Positions 50,401 to 61,260 of a stretch of 64,000 bases of DNA are shown here, in pieces. Position 1 is the first letter of the stretch, and each line of letters begins with the position of its first letter. Both the position numbers and the translations under genes were made by a program. Below the pieces are notes generated by a model. It was given only the letters and a program-made list of their open reading frames with translations, was not told where the DNA came from and ran no database searches. The DNA is taken from the NCBI GenBank assembly GCA_965285935.1, contig OZ260661.1, positions 125,612,001 through 125,676,000 of the forward strand, read 5' to 3'. This DNA comes from Ophelia neglecta (lineage: Eukaryota).

Positions 50401-51034
50401 TGCGCCCTTGCCCAATTTTATTCACAGCTTCTTCTTCAATTTTGTTTACTGCTACTGGCTTATCCGAGCTAATAGTCATATGGTCCATCTGGTACTGTAC
50501 AGCCTCAGTTGATCTACCTATTTTCTGTACTACTTCCAAAGTTAAATCTGCCCCTTTTTCAAGGTATTTTCTCCTTAAAGTATTGGAATGGCAAGCATGT
50601 ACAACCTGATCCCTGACTTGATCATCTTTATCTGTATAACCACAGTTCTTAACTTTCTCTTGCAGTCGTGCTACAAACTGATCAATAGTTTCATTTTCCT
50701 CTTGTCTAGTGCATCGAAACACGTGCCTCTCGTACGTTGTGTTCAGCTGGGGCTTAAAATAGCCATCCAACAAATTACTACCACGGGCATACACAGTTAC
50801 TTCACCGGCTGCCGGGGGCGCCTCTTCGTCTAAAATGTCATAAATGTCTTGTACTTGCTCACCTGCAAGGCATAAAAGAAGGTCCAATTTTTGCTGCGGG
50901 TCGGTAACACCTTTTCCTCCGACATATCTACGAAATCCTCTCATCCATTTCACCCACCTGGGCCCTACACTAGTGGGCTCACTAGAAATGTCAAACTGAC
51001 CTATATTTATCCCGATATCTATGTTCATCGCCAT
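47468..51034 (-). CDS. Gag-Pol polyprotein (Gag with two CCHC knuckles, protease, RT, RNase H, integrase)
   Basis: CFRCGRDGH...C and CAKCQAVGHFAIRC; protease LVDSGS; RT WVSPIVVV, RICVDMR, LDMSAGYHQV, ISDDII; RNase H VDAG, YSQVEKE, TDHKPL; integrase H..H..C..C, VDF, TDNG, GEAE. Confidence 0.97.
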   Translation of the reverse strand: MAMNIDIGINIGQFDISSEPTSVGPRWVKWMRGFRRYVGGKGVTDPQQKLDLLLCLAGEQVQDIYDILDEEAPPAAGEVTVYARGSNLLDGYFKPQLNTTYERHVFRCTRQEENETIDQFVARLQEKVKNCGYTDKDDQVRDQVVHACHSNTLRRKYLEKGADLTLEVVQKIGRSTEAVQYQMDHMTISSDKPVAVNKIEEEAVNKIGQGRRPEQGFKRPQGPERWKITCFRCGRDGHKANDPSCPAIDRKCAKCQAVGHFAIRCKQPDKLQVNFAQEGRHECTMKPDNLNEDKEYTFCINASTADYINLVLGGVSVKMLVDSGSSTNIIDKNLWEKLKMKQVKCKTTTAKKKLYSYGSKIPLPSLGTFTATCEVSDRKTEAEVVVIDGDGEALLGRKTALELGILEIKMPGVYRVASENIADEFTDVFDGVGKLKDISLKLHIDEQVMPKRQKHRRIPFHIRKDVENELLRLEDQGIIEKVEGPTPWVSPIVVVPKKNGQVRICVDMREANKAVQREKHIMPTIAELVSDLNGAKVFSVLDMSAGYHQVELAPESRYITTFSTHVGLRRYTRLMFGISAAPENFQDLIAQLLSGLPGCKNISDDIIVYGKDDHDHDANLRGVLERLRQNNAKLNREKCKFAQREVSFYGYIWNENGIGPDPKKVNAIVHFQSPKDASEVRSLLGMAQHFSMFIPGFADITAPLRCLTHQDHPWEWETQQEEAFSCLKERLIGANVVDYFDQKKYSKLFVDAGPNGLGAILSQGDKVVSYASRAISDVESRYSQVEKEMLAVVWGVEHFHLYLYGALFEINTDHKPLLSIFNSQKPMSARIERWRLRLMPYEYKLIYRPGRGAANPADFLSRHPENKEICDEAEEYIRYVCENAVPKAMTLSRIQAETVHDSCMMKLVKYVETGQWSDEDEELRPYKFVRDELAIYKGVVLRGNRLIMPTSLQQEAIDLAHIGHQGIAKTKALLREKVWFPGIDKGVETLVKQCSPCQVATYVRQPPEPIKPTPLPEGPWREVSVDFKGPLPSGEYLLVVIDDFSRFPEVEVVTTTSAKAAIPKLDAIFARQGIPFIVKTDNGPPFNGRELSQFADYLGFSHRKVTPLWPQANGEAEQFMRNIAKTLRIAAATGKSWKQELYKSLRQYRATPHCSTHISPAEALNGRKLKTQLPEISIPQRQKIPLRG

Positions 51035-51069
51035 CTTTTCAGGCTCTACAATCTTTTCCGATTTGAATT

Positions 51070-51082
51070 ATCCTCGTCGCCA
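51070..51082 (-). promoter_or_regulatory. Primer binding site, tRNA-Ser(GCU)-type
   Basis: Minus strand TGGCGACGAGGAT, 1 nt from the 5' LTR, complementary to the ...AUCCUCGUCGCCA 3' end of metazoan tRNA-Ser(GCU). Confidence 0.85.
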
Positions 51083-51083
51083 A

Positions 51084-51272
51084 TGTTCTGATGTACCAAT
51101 GGTGAGTATTAATGTAAGACAAACACGCCGACTTACAAAGGCAACTGCCATACTATTTATTCAGGTCACACACAATCAGAACCCACTTACGGCAACGGTA
51201 ATATGGTAAGTGTTAATGTCGCAAAAGGGATACTACTCCGGTAAGTCCTGAAGTAGTGATGACATCACTACA
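51084..51272 (-). repeat. 5' LTR
   Basis: Direct repeat of 46666-46854, adjacent to the PBS. Confidence 0.97.
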
Positions 51273-51470
51273 GGTAGAAGGCGGTGGAGGGCGATGGAAG
51301 ACGGTGGAGGGGGATGGAAATGGGGTAGAAGGCGGTGGATGGCGATGGAAGACGGTGGAGGGGGATGGAAAGGGGGTAGAAGGCGGTGGAGGGCGATGGA
51401 AGACGGTGGAGGGGGGTGGAAAGGTGGTAGAAGGCGGTCGAGGCCGATGGAAGACGGTGGATGGGGTTCA
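51273..51470 (+). repeat. 51-bp G-rich minisatellite, about 4 copies (plus a degenerate partial copy at about 46602-46665)
   Basis: Unit GGTAGAAGGCGGTGGAGGGCGATGGAAGACGGTGGAGGGGGATGGAAA(T/G)GG. Confidence 0.92.
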
Positions 51471-54442
51471 ATCCTGGTAATTGGAGGTAGGTGGTATATA
51501 ATGGGGTGGTGGCTATAGTGCCAGCTGGCCTAGTCTTTTTACACGTGACAATGTGTGATATACATTTATCGTAGGCTAACGTTACCTCGTTTCCTAGTCG
51601 CAAGACACAGAAAATAATTGTGCGCATAAGAAAGTTCGGGCGAGTAAGATTTTTTTTGTACGGTAAGGGCGTAAATTTTTGCATTATCTGCCAAGTTCAT
51701 ACACTTTAAAGGAATAGTCATCTTCTTTTCTCTTAATAAAACTGCAAGGATAGATAAACCCTAATTATATTTAGTTTTTCGTTTCTCTTACTCGTTTTAT
51801 TCAAGAGCGTTCATTTTGTACTACTTGAGACATTAAAAGTTCAACACAGTGGACAAGCATTAAGTGTGGCACTGTTGGATACTGTAATTTTGAAATTGTC
51901 GCATAATAGCTGTTTGGCATAGGGCTTTTGGTTTTCATAGAAGACGGTGCATATATATCTAACTAATGTTGTATAGATCAAATTGAAAACGTATTTTTCG
52001 ATGTTTTCTCTGCAAAAATGAACAGATTTTTTACAGTTTACCAGAGGAAGTGCACAGCGCTGTATTTTGCGTCTTGTAATATGTAATAAGAAAAATTATA
52101 ATTTCCGTTTGCCTTAGCAATAGGCTCATGATCAGGCTTTTAGTTAGTAGAAATATATGTGCATTACTACTTTATATTGGCATTACTACTTTGACATTTT
52201 AAGCTGAATATAAACAAACTACTGAGCAGCTAATCTTTTTCGTGATAGGGGAATCTGTTTTGGTAAGTATTGAATAAGACAACTATGGCGGAAGTTTCAA
52301 CCCATCAGTATATCAAATAATCACTTTTGAACAACTGTGAGGGTGTCATGTACTATTTGACATATCATATGTACAAATTCAATGACTGATGCATACCCGA
52401 TATTCGGATGGTCATAGGTAATTGAATATATTGAAAAAATGTTTTATCATATATTAAGCTGTACAGTCGCCCATAAACATGATATGGCGTCATCTTAAAA
52501 ATGCAGGCAATAAAAACCTAAGAATGACCTGAGCTAAGCGAAGCGATTACCAGAGTAACCATAAAAAGTGTAAAGGGGGACGGGCATTCCTGACGAAGGA
52601 TGTGCAAGCATGTATTGTTAATTCAAATGTGCTTTGAATTGGCAGAGATTCGTGGACATATAATATGGTATAGTGGTTTGTGCATTCAATACTAGACAAC
52701 TCAATTATTTATGTGTTTGAATTGGATATCATGGACGTTTAGTTGCCTAATAATTATTTATTTGAATCCAAATATATTTTTTATACCTAAATACACGCTA
52801 TTTGTTGAAAAAATTCAAATAAAAGTATCTCAGTACGCGACAACGTGGATTTCGTCTCTGGTTTTTAAATTCGTTCTACAATGATACCCCATAATTTCTG
52901 TCCCTCCCATAGAGATTGACTTTCCAGTTGGCTGTTGAGTCGGCAACTATAAGGGCAACATAACTATATACCACACGCACACACGGTATACAGAAGTGGG
53001 ATATATGTTTGGTGTAGATGGCGCCGTACCTATACTACTAACAGCAATATTGTTGCAGAGCTTGTGACCAATTTGTGGAAAAACTATCAGTGTTGCCATA
53101 TAATGAAATCGGCAACAAATGAAATCGGCAAAAAAAGTGGACGAACTTCTTTTTCGACATTTCAGACATTGTTTTCGTCATTTCATGCAATGTCTCGTCT
53201 TTGAAGGCGCGTCAAGAGAGGCGTTTTTTAAAACTTAGTTTAAACAAAAACATCTTTTTTCTATAGAGTGAGGATTTTGATATAAACCTTAAGGTTGAAT
53301 ATAATTATTGTATTGTTGTTCATTATAGTATTGTTGAATATAATTAGTATAGGCAAGATGACTCTTACATTGAATTTGTCAAGTGTTACGACGATATACG
53401 GCCAGGAAATTATTGATTACTAGAAAGGATGATATTTCACAACAATATGTGATCAAAAGTATGCCTAAATGTTTTCTGAAATAACTTGTATTGTCAATGT
53501 ACCACACCTTTTTTCAGTGCGCCTTAAGTATCAAAGAAACTCAACAAGTTAAAAAATATTTTGATGGTAACCTTGTAATAATTTACATAAAAATGTAACT
53601 TTCAAGGGCGTCATCATGAGACACTGGCAAAAACAAGCCACACATATTAATGCCCTTTACGCTTATTGAAGCTGGCACATAACAACAACATTGCTAATTA
53701 TAACCAAAACTGTTTCTTTCTACTTGAAATAGTTTTATTGTAGTGCAGTAAAACAGTGAAATGCATAGGTGAAGTCTTCAAGATGACCGGTCATTATTTT
53801 AGGGAAAAAGAATTTAAACTATATGCCTTCATGGCTGAAGAAGCTCTAAGTACACACGGGCGCACATCGGTTAGGCTATTTTGTTTTTCGTACGTTATTC
53901 CTCCTTTTCGGCTTAGTTCCACATCATCCAAAGTGACTGCAAATAATTCGATGATAATTAGATGATATGTTTATTTCAACAATTCTAGGTTTTAAGAATA
54001 TTCGCATTTTCAAAACAATTGACGTATATATTACGTATATTTGGGGCTCATTGGCGCGTGACAGGGGTTCTTGCATCGTAGGTAGAATCGCAAGTAAAAA
54101 CGAGATGCTTATCAGAGCGGAAATCGTTAAAGCAACGTCGGGAATGTAAAACTTCTAGTTGCCCCACTCGGGCCGCGTGGTATGGATTGGACCAGTACTC
54201 TGGCAAACGGCGGTATGCCGGTACGTGTATGACCAGACAAGGCAAATACTGGTATGTGTAACTGCGAGGGGAGGGCGAGTTGGGGGGAGGGGCTGGAGAG
54301 GCGGAAGGGGGAGGCAGGCGTGGAAAGTACTGAGGCGAAAGATTAGGAGAAGGCATTGGGTAGCACAAAAGTAGGTTGTCATAAGGTACCAGAATTACCC
54401 CCCTTATTTTCCTTACATGAACATAAATTAAGGTTGCATACT

Positions 54443-57175
54443 TTATTTGCAGCTCCAAACTTCCCATCTGACGCAGAGGGCGCCATGCCATTTAAGAGGA
54501 TACAATCGAACTTGATCGGCTATCATGGTTGGCTTAAGTTCGTGGCGAACAAGGGTATTTGCGTCTGAGTTACCAGCAAACACCTGCATGCAAAATTCAA
54601 TAAAGTACTAAACGCTAGTGGCAAAAATAGTAAATAGAGATACTACTTACATAAATATATACTCGGATATCCATATGTATTTAGAATGATATATTTAGAT
54701 ATGTGGCAATGGGCATGTTAGGGGCATTTAAAGAAACAAGTTCAGTATTAAAATGTAACCTTATCTAGCACATCACATAAGCGTCACTGCTATGTTAGTT
54801 TATTAACGTGTTTCTTACTTTTTATAGCATATTTAAAGGTTCTATATGCAAATACATGTTTATTGGGAGATCGTCTACCAAAGTAATCTATATGATTTTA
54901 GATGTCCAATGCAATATGCTTTTTGGCATACTTATAGTTCAAGCCTATCAGTCAAACATACACCTAAAATAGCTAAAATTTATTGGAAGACACGTTCGTA
55001 ATAAATGAAACATAGACGTGGTTAAATTCAGAGTTCTAGTTCACTTAAAATATAAACTGGAAAAATTATGTGTATGCCTTATTAAGCCCGTACTATTCAT
55101 TTGCTAAATATAGCGGCAATTTATTTATATAAGTTATGAAACTATACATTGCCACATGACTGAAAACAAACGGTAGCTCCCTCTTACATACCTTGTCTCT
55201 GTTGGTTGTCGGGTCTTTGTAAAAGGACACAGCATTCCGGCTCATTTTGGCTACTTCAGCTAATTTGTACGATGTAACCCAGTCCCGAAAATGTCCATCC
55301 GAGCCCTCCCCTCGTCCCTTGGTGGCAACACTCATAATGCAAAAGGTGCCGCCCAAATCAGCCTAAACGTACAGAAGCATAAAGCGGTGGGTGAAACATT
55401 GATATTTCAGGAGTGTACGCATTATATTATGCAAAGTTTATATCTTTCCAGATGGACACATTTAACTTTGCATATTTCCCTGCGTAAATATTTTCCCTAT
55501 TCAAAGTAATCAGTTCATTTGGATTTCCAGGGAAGTGAGGGGAGTGGATGCATGGTGTAATTTAGTGATGTTTAATTTTGATTCCCATGTGGTTCTGTCC
55601 GTTAAGCTATTTTTTTGAAGAAGAAAAAAAACCATATACATGGCATTTTTTGATGTTTACTGGGTTAGTTTTTTTTGGTATGGGAAAGGAATTCCCCTTT
55701 CTGGTCAGAAATCCCCTTTCTGGTCAGAAATTCCTTATATTCATAGCATAATCTGTATGTAAGGGTGACTGCATATTGACTAACAAATATACATTTAGAA
55801 TAGTAAACAGTATACTTGTATCCATTGATTTGGTTCTTGTGCTGCCGTCCAAGCGAAGGTGTGACAATTGACAGGTATAGTTGGTACTATTCTGGAGCAG
55901 TGAGGACCATGATTATAGTACCTAAGAAAGGTACTAGAACTGGTCAGGTGACAATCTGGCAGATACGCAATCAATGCTGGAATAGATTATTTAAAAATAT
56001 TATGCATTAGAAAACCATTTTTATTGAAGATCTTTCAAGATTTAAACGGGAGGGCTATACGATTTTGAAGAAAAAAGTTTGTCGGCAAAATTTGGAGAGA
56101 AAAAAGTGTGTTTTCTCAACTTTCCCCTCCCCCCTAGTAATCTTATCCACTAACTATACCCCGAAATGTGTTTTCCTACTAAACATTGTGTATCCTCACC
56201 AATGGTGTTTAGGGATGTTTTGCTTATTAAAAGAAACTTATCACCAAAATAGCAAATGGTCCTGTAAGGTTCCATCATTGTCTGTGTGTGGACCGATCTT
56301 TGTGGGAGATGTCCTTCTCTCATACTGAATAGGCTTTTGTCGGGGGTAGCGTACGTGGAGCAGTTTTATAATTAACTACTTCTGATGCGCTAATCATCAG
56401 TGTAGCTAGAATAAAAAGAGCTTGCTTTCTCTGTTCTTCATTTACCCCACATGACAGTCTTTTTATTGTCAGCTATTGAGCAAGTCTTATAAAATCCCTT
56501 TCAAACTCACAAAATTGTTTCTTAAATGGGGTTTCCCCGGCGGCCTATACCCATTTGGGGGGGCAGACCATGGAAATCGATATACTCAGGAATGTAATTA
56601 TTCATTATTACATATAAAAATGGATGTAAAGTAAACCTACGTTTTCCGTGTCCGGTACAACCTAGAAAAATAAAGAGAATACACAAATAAGTCTCTCCTC
56701 ACATTTAAGTGCAATCATGGACTTGCCCCACAGTATGTGTCTGATCTTTTAACGCCATACACTTCATGTCGTCAAGCAGGTCAACCTTTGCCTTTCTAGC
56801 CATTTCATGCGATTTCCAGTGATTTGAGAAAATAAGATATTTTGGGGTATTTTGGGGTGGGGAGGGGTGTCCCCAACCCAAGTTTGCTTTGACTTTGCCA
56901 GAAGTGACTTTGCGACTGACATTTTTATTATTCCTTTTAATTTCTAAACACCTTGTTGTTTTTGTATATGTGTTATGGTCGAATAAAAAAAATTCGTTCA
57001 TTCATTCAGGATATAGCAGATGAATTATTATTACCGTCTTACAGGTGAAAAAACGCTGTGACATAAATATTTACCTAGGTTGGGGATATGCAGAAATATG
57101 TTTAAGCTTACCTGCTAAACATTTTGTAACTGCAAGGGCAAGGGAAAATAAACACAAAACCAAACGTTTGTCCAT
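54443..57175 (-). CDS. Secreted single discoidin / coagulation factor 5/8 type C domain protein, 185 aa
   Basis: Exons 57175-57112 (signal peptide MDKRLVLCLFSLALAVTKCLA), 56661-56641, 55976-55816, 55362-55192 and 54583-54443, all GT-AG and phase-consistent (558 nt). Motifs C...PL...PD.HLTSSS, AW.A...NQWIQADLG, VATKGR, WVTSYKL, VFAGNSD, VRLYP..W....VRWEV..C. Confidence 0.9.
56641..56661 (-). CDS. 21-nt microexon of the discoidin gene (GCTGHGK)
   Basis: tctctttatttttctag|GTTGTACCGGACACGGAAAAC|gtaggt, phase 1-1. It supplies the N-terminal Cys of the domain. Confidence 0.8.
56690..56785 (+). pseudogene. Short L2 LINE fragment in a discoidin-gene intron
   Basis: LLTFKCNHGLAPQYVSDLLTPYT matches the L2 ORF2 C-terminal motif ..KALHGLAP.YL.DLL..Y. 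Confidence 0.6.
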
Positions 57176-60100
57176 CTTGCCTTCCTCGAAAATAGTTGCC
57201 TGTGCAATTTGGATCTGCAAAATTAAAGTACATGTATTAGGTAAATGATATAGCAAATCTTATTTAAATCTATTTTGACGTGAGTTTTAGTAGCTACAAT
57301 GCTGTTTCGATCTGGTAGCCACGATAACGGGTCATGATGGTAATATGCTGATAATGTGATATATGTTGATAATGTGACGGCTAGGGAAGCATTGGAATCC
57401 AGATATTCTACAATATTTCCGTTCCTTTTCAGAGTCTCAGGATCTCATATATCTCGGGTGTTTTACCCAATGGTATTATATCAAATATACATAGAAGGCA
57501 TTTTAGTACATGCGATGCAATTTTAACACACACAAAAATAATTGGGTTAAAAGATAATAATTGCAACTATCTGGCATAGTCAGGTAAAGCCCACCAGTGA
57601 CGGCATGCTATTGCCTCTTGTGCTGCGGCTGCTGGATCTGGGTGGTTTGGACCGATAAGGTGGACGTTTCTCGGTCAATGATTTGGTTTTGTCTACCAGG
57701 TATTCATTCTCATTTTAAGTACTGTCCATTACTACCCGATATTGGACACTGTCCAAGGTTGAAAGTTGGTCTTAGACACTTTTCAATATATAAAAATCTC
57801 AGTGGACACCAATAAAGCCACGTCTAGAACCAGTATCTTTCTAAACGTGTTGGGAAGCTTGTCTGTCGAACCATGAACTTTCTGAACCATGAACACGGAT
57901 ATAGCGACTACGCTATCAGGGACGGGTGGTAGTTGCAGCTTAAAAGTTTTCTTTATGGGAAAAAGAGTATGTTATTATGCTTGACATGTAACAAAGCAGA
58001 AGGTAAGTTAATAAGCGGTAGTCGACAAACTAGGCCTGCTGGTGAGAACTATGTTAGTAGTATGTATCTATCTATAGCAGTTTTAACTCAGAAGGGTATA
58101 CAATCTTTAGTATTATTCTAAAGGGCACTTTCTATGTAGGCCTTCGTGCCAGGCTGTACTGTGCGCACATGATGGCATGTGTACTAAAAAGCCCATTATC
58201 ATCCCCACTCATAAAAATGGACTTAAAATAAACAATATTATTATTCGTTCAGAATTTGGGGTATAGCAAATGTTTCCAAATAACATGCTTTATCGCCAAA
58301 AATGCATTACATTGGTTGGCCGATATGAGATTTGTCTGTCAGGAACTAAATGAACAATAGAGACACATTGAAAATCAAACACCAATTACTATATCCACAA
58401 GAGGGAAGTGTTATAAAATTCTTCAATAAGGGTTTCACAAGCTTCAATAAATACAAACTTTTATTCTCGTATAACTCATCAAAAGGTCATGATAAAATGC
58501 CACAAAGGCGGAGTTAAATTGGATGCAGGACGGCGGCGAATGTCATCCATACTAATAAATTAACAAGGTTCAACACCTCTGTTATTGTATGAAACATCAG
58601 GCTTGGCGTCTAACGGCCAACAATTTTATTGTGTGATAAAATTAATAATCTCGTACTTGTGCAATTTTGTTTGAAGAAAAGGGGGTTGCTTGCGAGGGGA
58701 GACGATCCCGCCATCTTTGGTATGCTCGAGTTCGCATGAGAATAATCTGTGCTATCGCATGCAAGCTAGGCGCCGGTCTTATTCACCTACCCATTAAGAC
58801 CATAAGTATGACAGAATATACTTAACCAACATAACGTGGTCACATATTCTACTGTTATTGATATTTACAAAACCCATTTCATACTTGATTACGTAACCAG
58901 AGAATTTATATCACGCCATTGCCATTATAAAAGCATGCGCTACCGTAATACTTATCCTGTTCACGAAGGGTAAATATTCTGTCTCGAGTATGCTGAAGTA
59001 AACTGTAAGCGATGGCGGGTTGCGTTGGGTTGGTGGAGAGAACGAGGATGATTAAAATGTTATAATGTTACTTATTTTAAGCATTTTTCATTATTATTGT
59101 CCAGGGCGGGCAAAGCTGTGAGGAGGGGGTAGGATGCTGACATAGCAAATGGGGGGAGAGTCGGTAACCTAAAACGATGTCTGAGGATGTATGGGGATGG
59201 GGGAGGAGGGGGGGGGGTGTACAGGGGTTAGATGTGAGGGGTTGGGGAAGGGTATAGCTATGGGTGGGCATTACCTTGGTGCCTAAAAAGACGTGATGAT
59301 AGGACACCCAGGGGGGTTGATAATATACGAAGCGAACGGGTTTACAGTAGTTAATAAACAACAGGGGAGCAAACGTCTTAAACACGCGTATATATGATGT
59401 AATACAATTCTTACCTCAATCTACTTAGAATAACGCCTCTTCTTTGAAATGTTGGCTTCCCTTAGTTCTCTCTACCTCTTGAGTTCCACACACTCTCATC
59501 AATACCGATGTCCTCTTCTGTCGAGCTTGGGCCAGCCAGTGACAAGCTACACAACTGTTGGTCGCTTTTATGAACGAAGGCAGCCGATTTTACTATCTCG
59601 CAAGTTTTCTGTCTTGAACATATTAAACTTGATGTGTATTCAAAGCTATCTTTGAAGATATACATCTGCGGATATATCATATTGATAATATCTCGTATTT
59701 ACCATTTGCTGGTTATCGAATCGTTAGCTTGTATCATTAAATTATTCATAAACGTATTGTCCCTGAGGAGCACCTGTTACTAAGGCGGAGAGCGTGGGAA
59801 GCTCAATGCCACTTGCGTTCTAGTAATTAAGTACGCATGAAAACTATATCTAAATGCATTTATGTTCATAAACTGTAGTGATATGAGATCCAATTTGTTA
59901 TATCGGCATTTAGTCATTTATTAGAGACTAAGATGTGTTAATAGGTCGAACGCAGTAATGACTCCAAAACAAACGCCGCCACTGTACAACGACCGTTAAG
60001 TTGTCTCAAGGTCCAAGGTTCAGCATGCAGGAACATGATTGAACAAGGACCTTTAGTTATAGTTTTAAGGTCAAAATATCGGATCTTAATTGTTTTGCCA

Positions 60101-60338
60101 GAGCAATCCTTCTTCCTTAATCATAAAATTTGGAAGTTTCCCGCGAACTCCAATCTCAATCTCGTGGGGTTAAACCAAAAGCCCCTAATTCCACGCAATG
60201 CCAAATGCTGATGAAAGTCGAGAATGCACGCGAATAGGTTGGAAGGTCGCTTTGTATTATATCGAATACTTTCCTGTAGAACGATGTCAGACTGCTGCTC
60301 CGTTTCTCCTGCTACGTCTACTGTTAGGGATGAAAGCA

Positions 60339-61260
60339 CTATATTTCACATTCATTAATCCAAGACAATTTATATAAAGTCACCCGTTCAAAAACCTCGA
60401 ACAGTACGATAAGATTAATGATAGGCCGTCCGCCATAGCTCATGTGCTTGTTGGTGCCCCATGCATCGTGTCCGGGGCCCTTGCCCCTTTTTGGATTAAA
60501 GACCACAGCGCTTACCTCATCCTCAGTGATAGGTGAGTCCATGACAACGTCCCGTCCTCCAAAGAATGATTGAACGATGGTGTCATGCATTTCCTCAGTT
60601 TGGGACTTGTGGGTTTCGTCAAAATTGCTATCGTTCATGTGAGTAAACAATTTGGTAAAATGTTCATTCCATGCTTATAGTATCTCTTATGGGCCACGGA
60701 AAGTTATACCATATATACCTAGACCCGGTAGCTGTACCCCTTTTTTATTCCTTGGGTCACTATCAGCAGAGGGTTCAATTTCGTCCCATATCTCCATGTT
60801 AAGCAGATGTTCTTGTTTTTCAGGGTGCATCTATAATTTTTTCTTTATCGCCTTGGACTCCACATAACAAGCATAAGATTGTCTTCTTATTTCCATGCTA
60901 AATTCCAACCATACCGTTTGCAGCTCGTCCTGAATTTTCAGCAGTTCAGACTTTTTCGAAAAAATGGCCTTATGCTTTTGTTGAAATGGGTGATTGGGCA
61001 ACTTTTAGGGCACTTTCTCCTAGAGCGGACACTACGCTTTCATCAAAATGGTTCACGTTTGTTGTTTGGTTTATTGGTCTTGTAGCGAGGTCGGATCGAA
61101 GTACTAGATGTTTTACACACCTGGTCTTAATCAGAACACACTGCGATTCTATTCATACATTATAATGGTCTCGCGACGAGCAGAACAATAGTCTCGGAAG
61201 AGTCTGAAACAGTAGTATCAGAAGCAGAAAACAATGATCTCACGATTTACTAGTTATAGA
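60339..61260 (-). pseudogene. Decayed non-LTR retrotransposon ORF2 (EN-RT linker region)
   Basis: SNFDETHK...DSPITEDEV...PKRGKGPGHD...HMSYGG resembles the pre-RT K(A/S)PG.D block. The frames are broken. Confidence 0.6.

Larger units (their letters stand above)
46666..51272 (-). mobile_element. Ty3/Gypsy LTR retrotransposon, Mag-like
   Basis: 189-bp LTRs (46666-46854, 51084-51272) with TG...CA ends and 1 mismatch. 5-bp TSD GGTAG (46661-46665, 51273-51277). PBS, PPT and a single gag-pol ORF present. Confidence 0.97.
46571..51530. mobile_element. PIF/Harbinger-like MITE (~350 bp without the insert) split by the Gypsy element
   Basis: TIR GGCCAACTGACACTGTACC (46571) versus the right end GCTATAGTGCCAGCTGGCC (ends 51530), 15/19 matches. 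Flanks TAA / TAG. An internal G-rich minisatellite continues on both sides of the LTR element. Confidence 0.55.

Noticed and set aside
47775-50833. Several plus-strand ORFs inside the Gypsy element (likewise those inside the LINE ORFs)
   Set aside because: Antisense shadows of long coding frames
51256-51684. Gly-rich and Pro-rich repeat ORFs
   Set aside because: These are translations of the 51-bp minisatellite, which is open in several frames
56245-56405. Alternative exon candidates for the discoidin gene
   Set aside because: Stops or phase mismatches; the 21-nt exon at 56641-56661 fits better
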